Positions 24,006-37,209 of a DNA stretch of 64,000 bases are shown in pieces. Below the pieces are notes generated by a model. That model was not told where the DNA came from and searched no databases. It saw nothing but the letters and a program-made list of their open reading frames with translations. Origin of the DNA: Octopus sinensis (Eukaryota); the NCBI RefSeq assembly GCF_006345805.1, contig NC_043003.1:34782001-34846000 (forward strand). The letters run 5' to 3'. Numbering within the stretch: position 1 is the stretch's first letter; each line of letters begins with the position of its first letter. Made by a program: the position numbers and the translations under genes.

Positions 24006-24308
24006 CTGAAAGAATGAAAGGCAAAGTCGACCTCGGGTGGAATTTGAACTCAGGACGTAGCGACGGGCGAAATACCGATTTCGTTACTACCCACAAGGGG
24101 CTAAACACAGAGAGGACAAACAAGGACAGACAAACGGATTAAGTCGATTATATCGACCCCAGTGCGTAACTGGTACTTATTTAATCGACCCCGAAAAGAT
24201 GTAAGGCAAAGTCGACCTCGGTGGAATTTGAACTCAGGACGTTGCAACGGGCGAAATACCGCTAAGCGTTTCGTCCAGTGTGCTAACGATTATGCCAACT
24301 CGCTGCCA
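24006..24308 (-). mobile_element. SINE family C with a partial second body unit in tandem
   Basis: Head 24262-24308, full unit 24078-24261, and partial repeat of the same unit at 24006-24077. Confidence 0.9.
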
Positions 24309-25228
24309 TACCAAAACTGTTAATTTTGGCGAATTTTGTTTACTTCATGTGCAGTTGGGGGAAAACGTCAGAATTCTCCTCCCAGCGGCAATTGGACATG
24401 AATTGTTTATATTATACAGAACATAATTTACCTTTCAGTCTTTCTTCAAGTATTGTCTCTTATTCACTAGTGATAAACTATAGAGTTGCTAAAGAGAATA
24501 GAGATATAGCTCACGTGCTAAATGTCCAAAAGTAAATACATTGAGCCACAATTGGTATTTTCACAATGACTGAAAATTCTAGACTTCGCTGTCGTTAAAA
24601 GAGAAACACAAAAGATTATGGTAATCCAATCTTAATCTAGAACTTATTGCATGAATTTAAAACAAACTAAATCAATTTATATCAACATTCTATTGGAGCC
24701 ATATACTAAAACAAATAGAGAAACTGGTGCATGTATCGTCATAAAATGGTTCCTCAGTTTAAACACTGATTTAAAGATTTAATCGAGTGAAACGTATTGA
24801 GACATTGACAGAAGAGAAAACTCAAACGAATTTAGTTTCCACAAACTATTGTGGGACTTCAAAAAATAAGTATTGTAGCGACAACATTAACTAAGATATT
24901 ACACACTCAGGACATTGCACTCAGTATAAATCAAACTTAATATCTTACTATTAATGTCACCAGCTTATTGAAATGCTTTATCAAAATGAACAAAAACATA
25001 TAGAATTAGATCCGCTGGGAAGAAAATCAGCTTAGCACATGCAGTGAAAATAGAATTAGGAATAAGTGATTTGTGACCATATCTATATCTAATCGTCCAA
25101 TTGTCTCTTTTGAGGGGTCCAAAGCAATACACACAAACATATCCCATTCATTCATCGATCATACACACACACGTGTATGTATGTATGAATGTATATATAT
25201 ATATACACACACACACACATATATATAT

Positions 25229-25445
25229 AGTTGAAATTTATAGAAAAACAAAAGATGAAGACAGGTGTATGAACAACAAGTAGGTGTATTAGCTTGACGC
25301 TCGGGAAAATAAGGTCTTTTAAGTTTCGAGCCTACACACTTTAGCAGAAAGGAATAAGAGAAAATAAACAGAGAGAATATAAGAAGCCTGTTGATTTAGC
25401 GGTCAAGCAAGGCGACAGATTGTAAAAGTATGATTAGAAGAGGTT
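25229..25445 (-). mobile_element. PLE pLTR-like fragment between (TA)n tracts
   Basis: Contains an HHR-like motif followed by a pyrimidine-rich tail (ttgttgttcatacacctgtcttcatc) similar in style to the tail of the 47934 element. Confidence 0.5.
25316..25351 (-). ncRNA. Degenerate minimal hammerhead-like motif
   Basis: cttt-CTGCTAA-a gtgt gtag gctc-GAAA-ct-TA-aaag. Stem I cttt/aaag is perfect; two core mismatches, and ACTT in place of palindromic ACGT. Confidence 0.45.
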
Positions 25446-25475
25446 GGAAGAAAAGGTTGGTAAATATATATATGC

Positions 25476-25588
<113 letters not shown>

Positions 25589-25596
25589 TATATTAT

Positions 25597-25635
<39 letters not shown>

Positions 25636-25639
25636 GGGG

Positions 25640-25919
25640 AGGGCACTCAAGTTGAATCGAGGAACAGAAGAGTGTGCATGTCTAATTAATGCGGGAGTTG
25701 CTGAGCGCTTACTGAGACACGTACCCTTAAGTTAGCCCTCCAGAAGATTCTGCGGGAGAATGTGACAAGGCTGAACCTGTGAAATACAGATATTGCTCAC
25801 TTTTTGCCAGCTGAGTTAACTGAAACAACGTGAAGTAGAAATCTTTTGCTCAAGGAAACCGAACACACGCTCTTACGATCGTGAGCCGATTGCCTTACCC
25901 ACTTAGTAACGCACCTTCA
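25640..25919 (-). mobile_element. SINE family D, degenerate
   Basis: tttttgccagctgag...ttgctcaagga...ttacgatcgtgagc...caccttcac aligns with the copy at 34355. Confidence 0.8.
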
Positions 25920-26064
25920 CATATTGAAGTACATATATATAGGTTTATAGATAAATTATTTCTATATTAAGCATCTTATATTTAGCACCACTGTGTTCAT
26001 ACACATTGTACTAAAACATGATTACTAGGTACATTAATTCACCAGAATATATATATATACGTAT

Positions 26065-26232
26065 GTATACGACGGGCTTCTTTCGGTTTCTGTCTGCTAA
26101 ATCCACGCACAAGGCTTTGGGCGGACCGAGGCTATAGTAGAAGACATTTGCCCAAGGTGCCACGGAGTGGCACTGAACCCGGAACCATGTGATTGGTAAG
26201 CAAGCTACTTAACACAAAGCCACTCCTGCCCT
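26065..26232 (-). mobile_element. SINE family A, 5' half
   Basis: tacgacgggcttctttc...gaggctatagtagaagac...gccactcctgccc. Confidence 0.9.
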
Positions 26233-26243
26233 TATTAGAATAT

Positions 26244-26297
<54 letters not shown>

Positions 26298-26423
26298 GTA
26301 TGTATGTATGTATATATACATATATATATATATTCAGAGATATGGGGCAGAGGGTAAGAGAGAGTAATGAGAGAGAGAGATACACTCACGCACATAAATA
26401 TGTTTGTGTGTGTATATATTCAT

Positions 26424-26845
<422 letters not shown>

Positions 26846-26849
26846 GTCT

Positions 26850-27010
26850 GGTAGGAAGTTTGCTTCCTAACCACATAATCCCAGCTTCATTCACACCTTT
26901 TTCACTTGGAAAATGTCTTGTACTATACATCTTAGGCCTACCAAAGATCTATAAATGGCTTTCATTGACGGAAACTGAAAGAATCCCTGCGTGCCTGTAC
27001 ACGTGTGTAT
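26850..27010 (+). mobile_element. SINE family A, degenerate 5' half
   Basis: ggtaggaagtttgcttcctaaccacat...ttggaaaatgtcttgtactata...gacggaaactgaaagaatccc. Confidence 0.7.
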
Positions 27011-27222
27011 TTTTGTGGATTTGTCTGTCTTTGCATATGTACTACACATGGCTAAATAGCAGCCAACAGAATGTGCAAAAAGCAATTTCAAGGTGAAGAT
27101 TCCCCAAAGTACAAAGACCTGAATTATCCAATCGAAACATACATTCTGATACCGAGTATGGTCGCACACATACTTTTCGAAAGAAAAAGCCTTATTAAAT
27201 ATGTTTGTCCATATATATATAT

Positions 27223-27445
27223 CTATTTCTTTACTACACACAAGGGGCTAAACACAGAGAGGACAAACAAGGACAGACAAACGGATTAAGTCGATTATAC
27301 CGACCCCGGTACGTAACTGGTACTTAATTTATCGACCCCGAAAGGATGAAAGGCAAAGTCGACCTCGGCGTAATTCGAAATCAGAACGTAACGGCAGACG
27401 AAATACGGCTACGCCTTTCGCCCGGCATGCTAACGGTTCTGCTAG
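27223..27445 (-). mobile_element. SINE family C
   Basis: ctatttctttactac...caaggggctaaacacagagaggacaaacaaggacagac...aaaggcaaagtcgacctcggcg. Confidence 0.9.
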
Positions 27446-27628
27446 TATCTACGTATATAATCCCACTCTCTTCTGCTCTCTCTCTCCCTCTCTTTCTCTC
27501 TCTCCCTCTCTATATACGTGTATACACATACATATACATATATATATTGTATACTCATCTATTTGTGCATATACGCCTATTTAATTTTCCTTTTAGTCTC
27601 TTCATTCCATATATATATATATATACAG

Positions 27629-27667
<39 letters not shown>

Positions 27668-27740
27668 AGAGAGAGAGAGTGGGAGAAAGAGGGAGAGAGA
27701 GAAAGAGGGAGAGAGATACACGCAGACACATATATGTATG

Positions 27741-27778
<38 letters not shown>

Positions 27779-27781
<3 letters not shown>

Positions 27782-27831
27782 CGGTGCTCCAGCATGGCCG
27801 CAGTCAAATGACTGAAACAAATAAAAGAATA
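27779..27831 (+). mobile_element. Solo SINE family A 3' terminal module
   Basis: aggcggtgctccagcatggccgcagtcaaatgactgaaacaaataaaagaata directly after (TA)n. Confidence 0.85.
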
Positions 27832-28214
27832 GATATGTGTATGTATGAGTGTATGTGTGTGTGTGTGTGTGTGTATAATATACATACGTACTTAGATATT
27901 CAACAACACGTATAAACGTAGTGTATGTGTTTCGGTTACATTCCCGTAGAAAGCATTGTGATTGACATTTTAATATGATGTAACTTCACGTAGAACGTCC
28001 GAGGCGCGAGAAATATGCTTGGCTGCCATGTCCCAGTACACGAAGTTGGCGACTTTACGCTTCCAGCAATGCATCGACTATGTGTGCGAGTGTGATAAAA
28101 AGCGGGAAAAATAGTCGGACTGCTTGTTGAAAAAAAAAAACCTAGCGCTGCGGAATAAGCAGTAGCGAATATATAGTGAGTCTCTGCATACGCATGTAGA
28201 TGTTTATATATATA

Positions 28215-28253
<39 letters not shown>

Positions 28254-28486
28254 GATGTTTATGTGAGTCTTTATATGAGTACGCATAAGAGCGTGTAGTG
28301 GTTTGTGTGTACTTGTATATAACTATCTACATAGGTTTGCGTATATGTGTGTGTGAATTTCTACATATGGTTGCGTATGTAATGTGATGTGATGTGATGT
28401 GCTGTGTTGTATTGTGTTGTGTTGTGTTGTGTTGCGTGTGTGTGTGTTTATGTTTGTGAGTGTGCGTGTGTGTGTGTGTGTGTGTG

Positions 28487-28519
<33 letters not shown>

Positions 28520-28549
28520 TGTGTGTGTGTGTGTTGTGTGTGTGTGTAA

Positions 28550-29230
28550 CGTGCTGTCACATCGGCGTTGCTGTTGGGTACTGATAATGATGAAGACGGT
28601 GGTGGGGCAGTTGCTGGTTGTGTAAGTTGTGATGGCGGTAAAAGAGGTGGTGGTTGCGGCAGCAAAAGAAGATTGGTGATGTAGGCAGCGGCGTTCTTTG
28701 TTGCAGTATTGGCGGAGATGTTTGTGTAGGTAGTGGTAACGATGTCAGCGGCGTTGGAGCGTTGTTAATAGCGATGTGGTAGCAGTGGTGCCGGCGAAGA
28801 ATGCAACGGTGGCGATGTTGTTGCTATTGGAGGGAGGGAGGGAAGAGGAGTACAGAACGTTGAAGGGTGGTCGGACTAGCTTTCGGCGTTTACAGCGATG
28901 GCGGGAAGGGGAGAGCCATGTTAATTGGACGCCCGGTCACACGTAAAAACACTAATGCTATCGCTATAATGAGCGGCCCAGAAATTTATGGGAGGAACGC
29001 AGTGTTCGTTCTCTTCTGATTTCTTCAGAGACGCAAGCAGGCTGTTTCTCTTTATTCCCCTACCCCCTCTTTTACACTGCCCCTACTTCCCCTTATACCG
29101 ACTTACACACCACTACCAGCATCAGCAGCACTAATAGCAGTAGCAACAACACAGCATCACTATTACTACTAACATTGCTTGCCTCGTAAACAGCGTCGCC
29201 ACCCTGAAGAACAATCTTCCACCATCGTTA
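28550..29230. promoter_or_regulatory. GC/CpG-rich island without recognisable TEs, possibly regulatory
   Basis: Visibly higher GC and CpG than the background. Homeodomain-type sites TTAATTGG (28921), TAATGAG and TTTATGG (28985). No convincing ORF. Confidence 0.3.
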
Positions 29231-29720
29231 CGAAGCGAAGGAAAATCCCTCTGAAATCTAATTTCACTTTTATTCTATCTACTGTACTTCATTCCCTCGT
29301 TCAGCCTCTATCACTCTTAGTCTCTCTTTTCTCTCCTTCTCTCTCTCTCTCTCTCTCTCTATCCCTATCTGTCTATGTCTTACACTCTTTGTCTACCTCT
29401 AATTTCTTTCTCGAATCTGATGCAACACATCATACGTACACATTCAGTCATGACATATATAATTATAAACACAACACACACACACATATACACATATACA
29501 AGGCTATATATATGTGTGTGTAAGTATATACATATGTATATCTATACACACCAGATTACTCAGATACAGATATATACACATAATTATATACGAACATATG
29601 TGCATATTTGTATGTAAGTATGTGTACACAAGTATGTCTCCGTATACATCCTAATTTCTCCCCTTACTCTTCCTCTTCTCAGTTCCCTCTGTATACGTAC
29701 GATGTGATATACATGTGTGT

Positions 29721-29758
<38 letters not shown>

Positions 29759-29792
29759 ATGTGTGTGTATTTGTCTCTATCTGAATGACCGT

Positions 29793-29839
<47 letters not shown>

Positions 29840-30811
29840 GAAGAGGCGAATGTGTGTGCGAGTGTATACGTTTGTGTTTTTGTATGTGTGTCTACATGAG
29901 CATGAGCTTGTGTGTATTTACGTGTGTGTGTGGTGTATGTGTGTGTCTGTCTCTGTGTGTGTGTGTGTCTGTCTGTCTGTGTGTGTGTCTCCTCTGAGTG
30001 TGTGTACGCGCGCGAAAGCGTGTGTGTACATGTGAATGCTGCTGCATTTATTATTTTTATAATCAATTCGTCCTGTTTTCTTTTTGGTAAATCATATTTG
30101 TTTTTCTTTCGCATCCTGTTTTGTTTTTATTGCTATTTTCCTTGAAATAATTTTGTATTTTGTAACTTCATTCCTTTTTCTTCTCACATTCTTTCCCTGT
30201 TTCTCCTTCAGTCTTTATCTTCTGTAATGGCAGTCTCTTTCCACTTAAAATCATACTCACTCACTCACTCAGTCAAGCCTTCTTTTGCGTCATGTCCTTT
30301 CAATATATTCAATATTCAACTACCTCTCTCCACTCCCTTTTCTCATTCAAACTCTTCTTTACTCTATCTCTCTTTCTCGTTTCTCTTTCTCGTTTCTCTT
30401 TCTCTCATTCTTTATCTTCGTATTTCGGCTGCGTTTCAGCTGCAGAATTGTGAAACTATCATTTTCCTTCCTTGCCTCTCTATCAATCTATTTCTCTCTC
30501 CATTTGTTCTCTGTCTCTCTTGTTCCTGTCGCACTCTGTGATGCTCTTTTTACCTATATGTTTATACAGATACTTCTCTTTCTCTCTCTAGCACACCATT
30601 TCTTTCTTACTTTCTTTCTCTCTCTCTCTCTTCCTTTCCGTCGGTTTTTCCTCTCGCTCTTTCTTCATATCTTTTTCTCTTTCTTTCGTTCCTTTTTTTA
30701 TGGCATACCTTAATACATACCGTCTCTCTTTCTCCGTCTCAGCTTTATCTGTCTCTTTCATAAGCTTTCTTTCTCTCTATAACTTTCGTTTGCTTATATT
30801 GTTCGTTTTCG

Positions 30812-30881
<70 letters not shown>

Positions 30882-30926
30882 TAAGAATAAATGTTTTTAT
30901 ATATAAAGAACGTGAATATATATATA

Positions 30927-30994
<68 letters not shown>

Positions 30995-31006
30995 TATATA
31001 TATATA

Positions 31007-31353
31007 GGCGCAGGAGTGGCTGTGTGGTAAAAAGCTTGCTTCCCAACTACATGGTTCTAGCTTCAGTCCCAGTGCCTTCTACTATAGCCTCGGGCCGACC
31101 AAAGCCTTGTGAGTGCATTTGGTAGACGGAAACTGAAGGAAGACCGTCGTATATTTGTGTATGTGTGTCTGTATTTGTCCCCGCCTCTATCGCTTGACAA
31201 CGGATCTTGGTGTGTTTACGTGCCCGTAACTTAGCGGTTGTGCAAAAGACCGACAGAATAAGTACTAGGCTTACAAGTCCTGGGGCCGAACTGTTCGACT
31301 GAAGGATGTGCTCCAGCATGGCCGCAGTCAAATGACTGAAACAAGTAAAAGAA
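31007..31353 (+). mobile_element. SINE family A, full length with a small internal deletion
   Basis: Head and tail are intact; lacks the cgtggcaccttgggcaagt segment present in the 41749 and 55055 copies. Confidence 0.92.
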
Positions 31354-32021
31354 TTTATGTATATGTATTCTGTCCCCTTCTCACAAATTTCTTCTTCTCT
31401 TATCATCTATCTCTACCTCACTTCCTTTTATATTTTACTCATTAACATTTCATATCAGTTACTCTCTGACAAATTCTCCACTTTACCTACAGAGTAGCTC
31501 TTAGTAATACTGTTTCACCCAACAATTTGCTCTCTCAAAAATTAAGTTAGCAAAATTTCTCTTCTCGGAGTAAATATTCTTTCTGTTTCACCTCAGTAGG
31601 TGTTTCTTCTTTTCTTCCTTTCTGTCATCGTTTATTCTCTCATTCCTTTATAATTGTTTTTTTTATTTGTTTTATCCATATCATATCCTTTACTGTTTTT
31701 AATATATTTTAACCCTTTCTTTTTTGTTCTCTTGTCTGTCAGTCAATCATGCTTTTCAATTTTTTTGTGTCAATTTTTCTCCTTATTTTCTTCGTTTATG
31801 CCTTTTATTTACCTTCTATCTAGTCATCGTCGCTATGAATCTTGCTACTTTTCTTTAGTCCCTGCTCAGTCCTGAGCTCTTAGACCAGCAATCAATAGTA
31901 TTTCCCTTAGTCGTGAGCATCACGTTCTTTTGTATATCTAGGGCTAATTTTTCCTAGATAGTGATGAGTGAATTAAGGGATTTTGGCTTCTATCTCTTGC
32001 AAGTCGAACGATCACACAGAG

Positions 32022-32274
32022 CAGTGGTTCTCAATCATATTTTTAACTATGGACCTCTTTCGTTCCCAGTTTGCTCAGGTGGACTCTCAGAGCAATTCGA
32101 TGTTTAAAAAGTCCTATTATATTTTTCAAATAAATATTTTTAGGAACTCTATAAAAATTGTTGAAATATTTCATGTCTTTTAGAAGTATAAGCAATATAT
32201 TTTACATAACTTGTGAGAACAAAAATCTTATATGGAGCACCAAATATCATATGGACCATGATTGTGAACCATCG
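32022..32274. mobile_element. hAT-type MITE, old
   Basis: Left end cagtggttctcaatcat versus right end rc cgatggttcacaatcat (14/17). CAGTGGTTCTCAA is a typical hAT/Charlie-like terminus. No clear 8-bp TSD. Confidence 0.65.
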
Positions 32275-34257
32275 ATCTCAGAACATCTTTCGTTCGGTCC
32301 CTAATATAACCGAGTTACGTATTCTTTATTTTCCTTCTTCCCTTCTTTTCTGAAGGCATGGCGTGTGATTTGAAGGAAACTTGGCTATTATCTTTAATAT
32401 ATCGAACGACTCGCGCAGAAGCTCTTACGCAAGGTTCCTTGGAATCAAATTTACGCATTCCTTGCTTACTTTTTCTTTCTTTTGTACTTCCTTTCACTTC
32501 TACTAATGTTTCCTACTTCTTTCTACCTACTTTATTTCATATCAATAGCCTCCCTATTTCTATTAGCCTTTCGTCCGTCTCTCCTTTATCAACTCTTTCG
32601 CTTTTTCCCCTAAATATTTCATTCTCTTAACTAAATACGTTCTCCTCATTCTAGTTCATTCCTGGTTTTCTAGCTTTTTACCATATAAAGCTATCTTTAC
32701 ATTTCATCCGCTTTCTCAGTTTCTCACTCTATTTATTGTTTTTTCTCCATATCACCAATCTTTCATTTCTCTCAATAACTTTCATTCTCACTTAGTTGCT
32801 CCCTATTTACATCTATTAGCCTTTCTTTCTTTACACTAATTTTCTGCTTTTTTTTTTCTTTTCATATTATTCTTATTCTCATCTCCCCATATACACTTTC
32901 TTTTCCTTTAGTGTTTCACACAAACGTTCAGCTTATCTCATAGAGAAAAATATCTTAATTCAATATCCCATACATTTCCCTTGATCCCTCTCACATTTTC
33001 CTTTTCACTTTCTTCCTAACGCGCATTCTCCCCCCATCCCAGTCTCTTGCACTCTCACTCTCTCTTTCTACCTCTCTCTAAAACTCTGACATTCTTTTAC
33101 ACTACTTTCTCTATTGCTATCGTCCCACCCATTAGTTGGACGTACTCCTTAGTTCTGCATTAATTTCGATCCATATTTCACGCCCCAAAATGTTTACGCA
33201 ATAATCAATTAATACTACACCCTTTTTTGTTTCCTCATCCAATATTTCCAACATCGCATCGATTACCGTTTCCTAGCCCAACCACTCAACACATCTTTGC
33301 ACGCACAATCATTCAATGCGCGCGCGCGCGCACACACACACACACGTATTCATACATACATGCGAAGAATGAGTAAAAGAAAAGGAGAGACACACACAGA
33401 GAGAAAGAGAGGGTGAGAGAGCATATACACACCTAGCTACGTGCATGTCCACATAGCACACCTCACTTCACACTCATGCCAATTATATATTCTACACCGA
33501 CTGCTACCACACAGCCAATAGCCGCACCTTAACACCAGTAACAGGGCTAAGCCACTATCTCGACATTCTTACCACCATCACATTGCTACCTACACTACCA
33601 GTTCACCAACTCTACCACCAGCATCACCACTATCATCATCACTACCACCATTGCATTAGAAACATTTTCAGTACTGTTAGTATGGACAAGCACCAAGATC
33701 ATCATCGCTAAATAATCTTATAGCACTCTGCAGGATTTTCAGAAAATCTCCTATCATTAAATATATGTATTATCGCTTAGTCTGTGGTGGAATAACCTTT
33801 TTCCGTGGTTTCTGAGACATGTAAAAGATAAAGAAGTTAAGCTAAGACTAAATACCTGGCCTCGCATACTTGTAACAGGATGGACTCAAATACAAAGGCA
33901 TTTATGGGTCATGTGCTGGCGTTAAAATTGAATTAGTGATACGCAATCTTCGGCCCACGTAACATTCTGAATTGCACACCTAATGGAAAATGACCCTGAA
34001 ACTTTAGTAGAGCGCTCACCTTATGATGAGCCATATCTCAGCCAGCCCGCTTCTCGATAAAGGTTTTCGATGCCGGAATAAGTGTACTAGCTAGATTTTA
34101 TCCCCGCCACAACCAAACCAGAGCAATTTCCACTATGATCATTACATCCTCAATCTTTCAGGTGCTACAACAGCACAACACCATACTACTATAATAACAT
34201 TTGAGAACTACAGTAGAAATCTTAACATGATAAAATTAAGAGTTAGAATTCATGATC

Positions 34258-34678
<421 letters not shown>

Positions 34679-34828
34679 CACATATGTATATATGTGTGAG
34701 TGTGTGTGTGGTGTGTGTGTGTGTGTTTCTAAATATGTGTAGTTTGATATGTTATGTTGCCTATGAGGCTTTTAAAAATCTGCCTGTATGTTTTTTTTCT
34801 CATTCATTGACAAATCAGAAGTTTGCAG

Positions 34829-35060
34829 TTTTTTGTTTTTTTGTTTTGTTTTTCCAGTTTCAGCTCTTGAGCTGTGGCCATGCTGGGGCACCGCCATTGT
34901 GGTGAAAGAGTACAGCAGGGATCACCACCCCCTGCCGGAGCCTCGTAGAGCTTTTAGGTGTTTTCGCTCAATAAACACACACAACGCCCGGTCTGAGAAT
35001 CGAAACCGCGATCCTGCGACCGCGAGTCCGCTGCCCTAACCACTAGGCCATTGCGCCTCT
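34829..35060 (-). mobile_element. Chimeric SINE: family B head and body, family-A-like terminal module, A-rich tail
   Basis: 34897-35060 aligns to the 41093 copy up to caccacaa, then switches to tggcggtgccccagcatggccacagctcaagagctgaaac and an A-rich tail. Confidence 0.85.
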
Positions 35061-35924
35061 ACTAGTTTGCACCATTCACTTTAGGGATTGATCAGCCATC
35101 TTACATTATTTACATATGGAAATTAATGCTCATTCCTCAGCTGAAACTGCCTTACATATTGACTGTTAATATGATACACTGGTCTTGTACATAATATAAA
35201 AATTAAATAAGTTTTTGAAAATCGTACGAGATATTTTTTTCACTCCCTTGCTCTCTTTCTTTCTCACTCTTACACGCTATGATACCTTTTTGTTGCTTCT
35301 TTGTCTTTTTTTATGTCATTTCGTCTTTCACGTTGTCGACTCTCTTGGTCTATCTATAATCCGCTTTTTTGGTCCTCTCTCTTCGACTTTCTCCCTCAAA
35401 TTTTTTCATGAATACGTTTAATTGTCAGTGCATTTAGGATGGTATGTATATAGAGTTTAGATAACCAGTTCTTTCTCAACGTTTATATATGTATCTGCAT
35501 ATATCTGCATGCGTATATGTATATATATACTTACATATCACACATATATATATGTGAGTGTCTATGTATGAGCATGTACGTGTATGAGTGTGGATGGGAG
35601 CACATGTTTGCGGGTGTCTATGTGTAAATGAGAATTTATATATATATTCACCTCTTTGTTCATGTTCATTTATTAAAATATGCATAGATAACTACATAGA
35701 TAAACACATTTAATTATGTGCATTTATACGCATATAGAAATATATCTATATATCCACGTACTACTAATTCATACACTCAAAATACATTCACACACAAACA
35801 TATATGCACATACACATACAAACGCACACACATATACATAATTGTGCATGCATATGTAAAAGTGTGTGTGAGTATATATATGTGTGTGTGTGGGCGTGTG
35901 TATGTGTGTGTCTGTATGTATGTA

Positions 35925-35990
<66 letters not shown>

Positions 35991-36509
35991 CTTTCATAGA
36001 TAATGTGAATAAAAGGGAAATACATGAAGAAAGAATGAAAAATAGATAGGAAGGTGACGTAAGAGAACTGAGTGGAGATTAGGTATAGCAATTCTGGTCG
36101 AACTCTATGCATATTCAAATATGATAAATATGAGAATATCTCTCTGATTGTACTGGCTTATCTTGCTTTCTCAATCCCAATACCGTTCACACTCCCGTTT
36201 GCTATATTCATTCATATTGGGACAATGTTATTGAAATGCACAAAACTCTATATCTCTGTGCCTGTTTGTCATTTCAACACTGTTTGTATAGTAGCTTGCC
36301 TTCATTGAGAGACATTGAAGCATGTCGTAGGAGACAGATTGGGATATTACTATATTCATTATGTCGTGGCTTATGTTATGTAATACTTGTGTTATGACGA
36401 TAGCTCGTTACGAAACTAAACGGCTATGGTGGGACTGTAATGGTTGGTTAGCATAATTTATGGCGTATTAAATGTTTCTAACATTGGAACTTAACCATAC
36501 ATTTTCGGA

Positions 36510-36672
36510 AGGGACAAGTCGATTAAATCGATCTCAGTTCTTGACTGGAACAGTATCTTGCCGACTCCTGAGTGATGAAAGCAAAAGCAGGCCTTAGCAT
36601 CATTTGAAATCTGAATGTAAATTGTCGGAACAGCGCAAGACGATCTTATAATTCTACTAATTTTCCGCCTTT
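36510..36672 (-). mobile_element. SINE family C, very degenerate
   Basis: aagtcgattaaatcgatctcag...actgg...gatgaaagcaaaag...atttgaaatctgaatgtaa...ccgcctt. Confidence 0.55.
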
Positions 36673-37171
36673 GTGCATGTCATACTTATTTCTAATTTAG
36701 TCACAAAGCCAGTAGAGACTGAGGACATTAGGTTAGCCGATGCCATTGGTTACAATACTTCATTTGTTTATCAGCAGCAGCGTGATTTGAACTCATGTTG
36801 CAAAGAGCAGGAACTAAATTCCATAATATACATTTTTCCGGTACTCTACAATTCAACCACTTCGCCAAACGTAATCATGTGTTAATTAGGAAAATTGTAC
36901 ATTTTAGATTAGAACATGCAGCAGAAATTTGAATTCTAGATTATAAAAGCTTCTAATGGTGATAGGGGCCAGTATATTTCGAAATGATTGCAATACTTAG
37001 TGTTGGTTTGTCCCAGTTTAGCTTTGACTGGGAAAACCAGTATCAAATAAATTATTTCTGTGATTACTCTCTATTTCTTGAAAATGTATCTGAAGACCAC
37101 CGTTGCATCTTTTCCTTTCGGGGTCGATAAAATAAGCATCAGCTGAGCACTGGGATTAATGCATATATATA

Positions 37172-37209
<38 letters not shown>

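Noticed and set aside
28327-28780. Minus-strand Pro/Thr/Ala-rich open stretch
   Set aside because: Bounded by a stop upstream, has no ATG or clear splice acceptor, and runs into a (CA)n tract.
33318-33345. (CG)n-(CA)n Z-DNA-prone tract, also at about 40310
   Set aside because: Expected by-product of abundant alternating purine-pyrimidine microsatellites.
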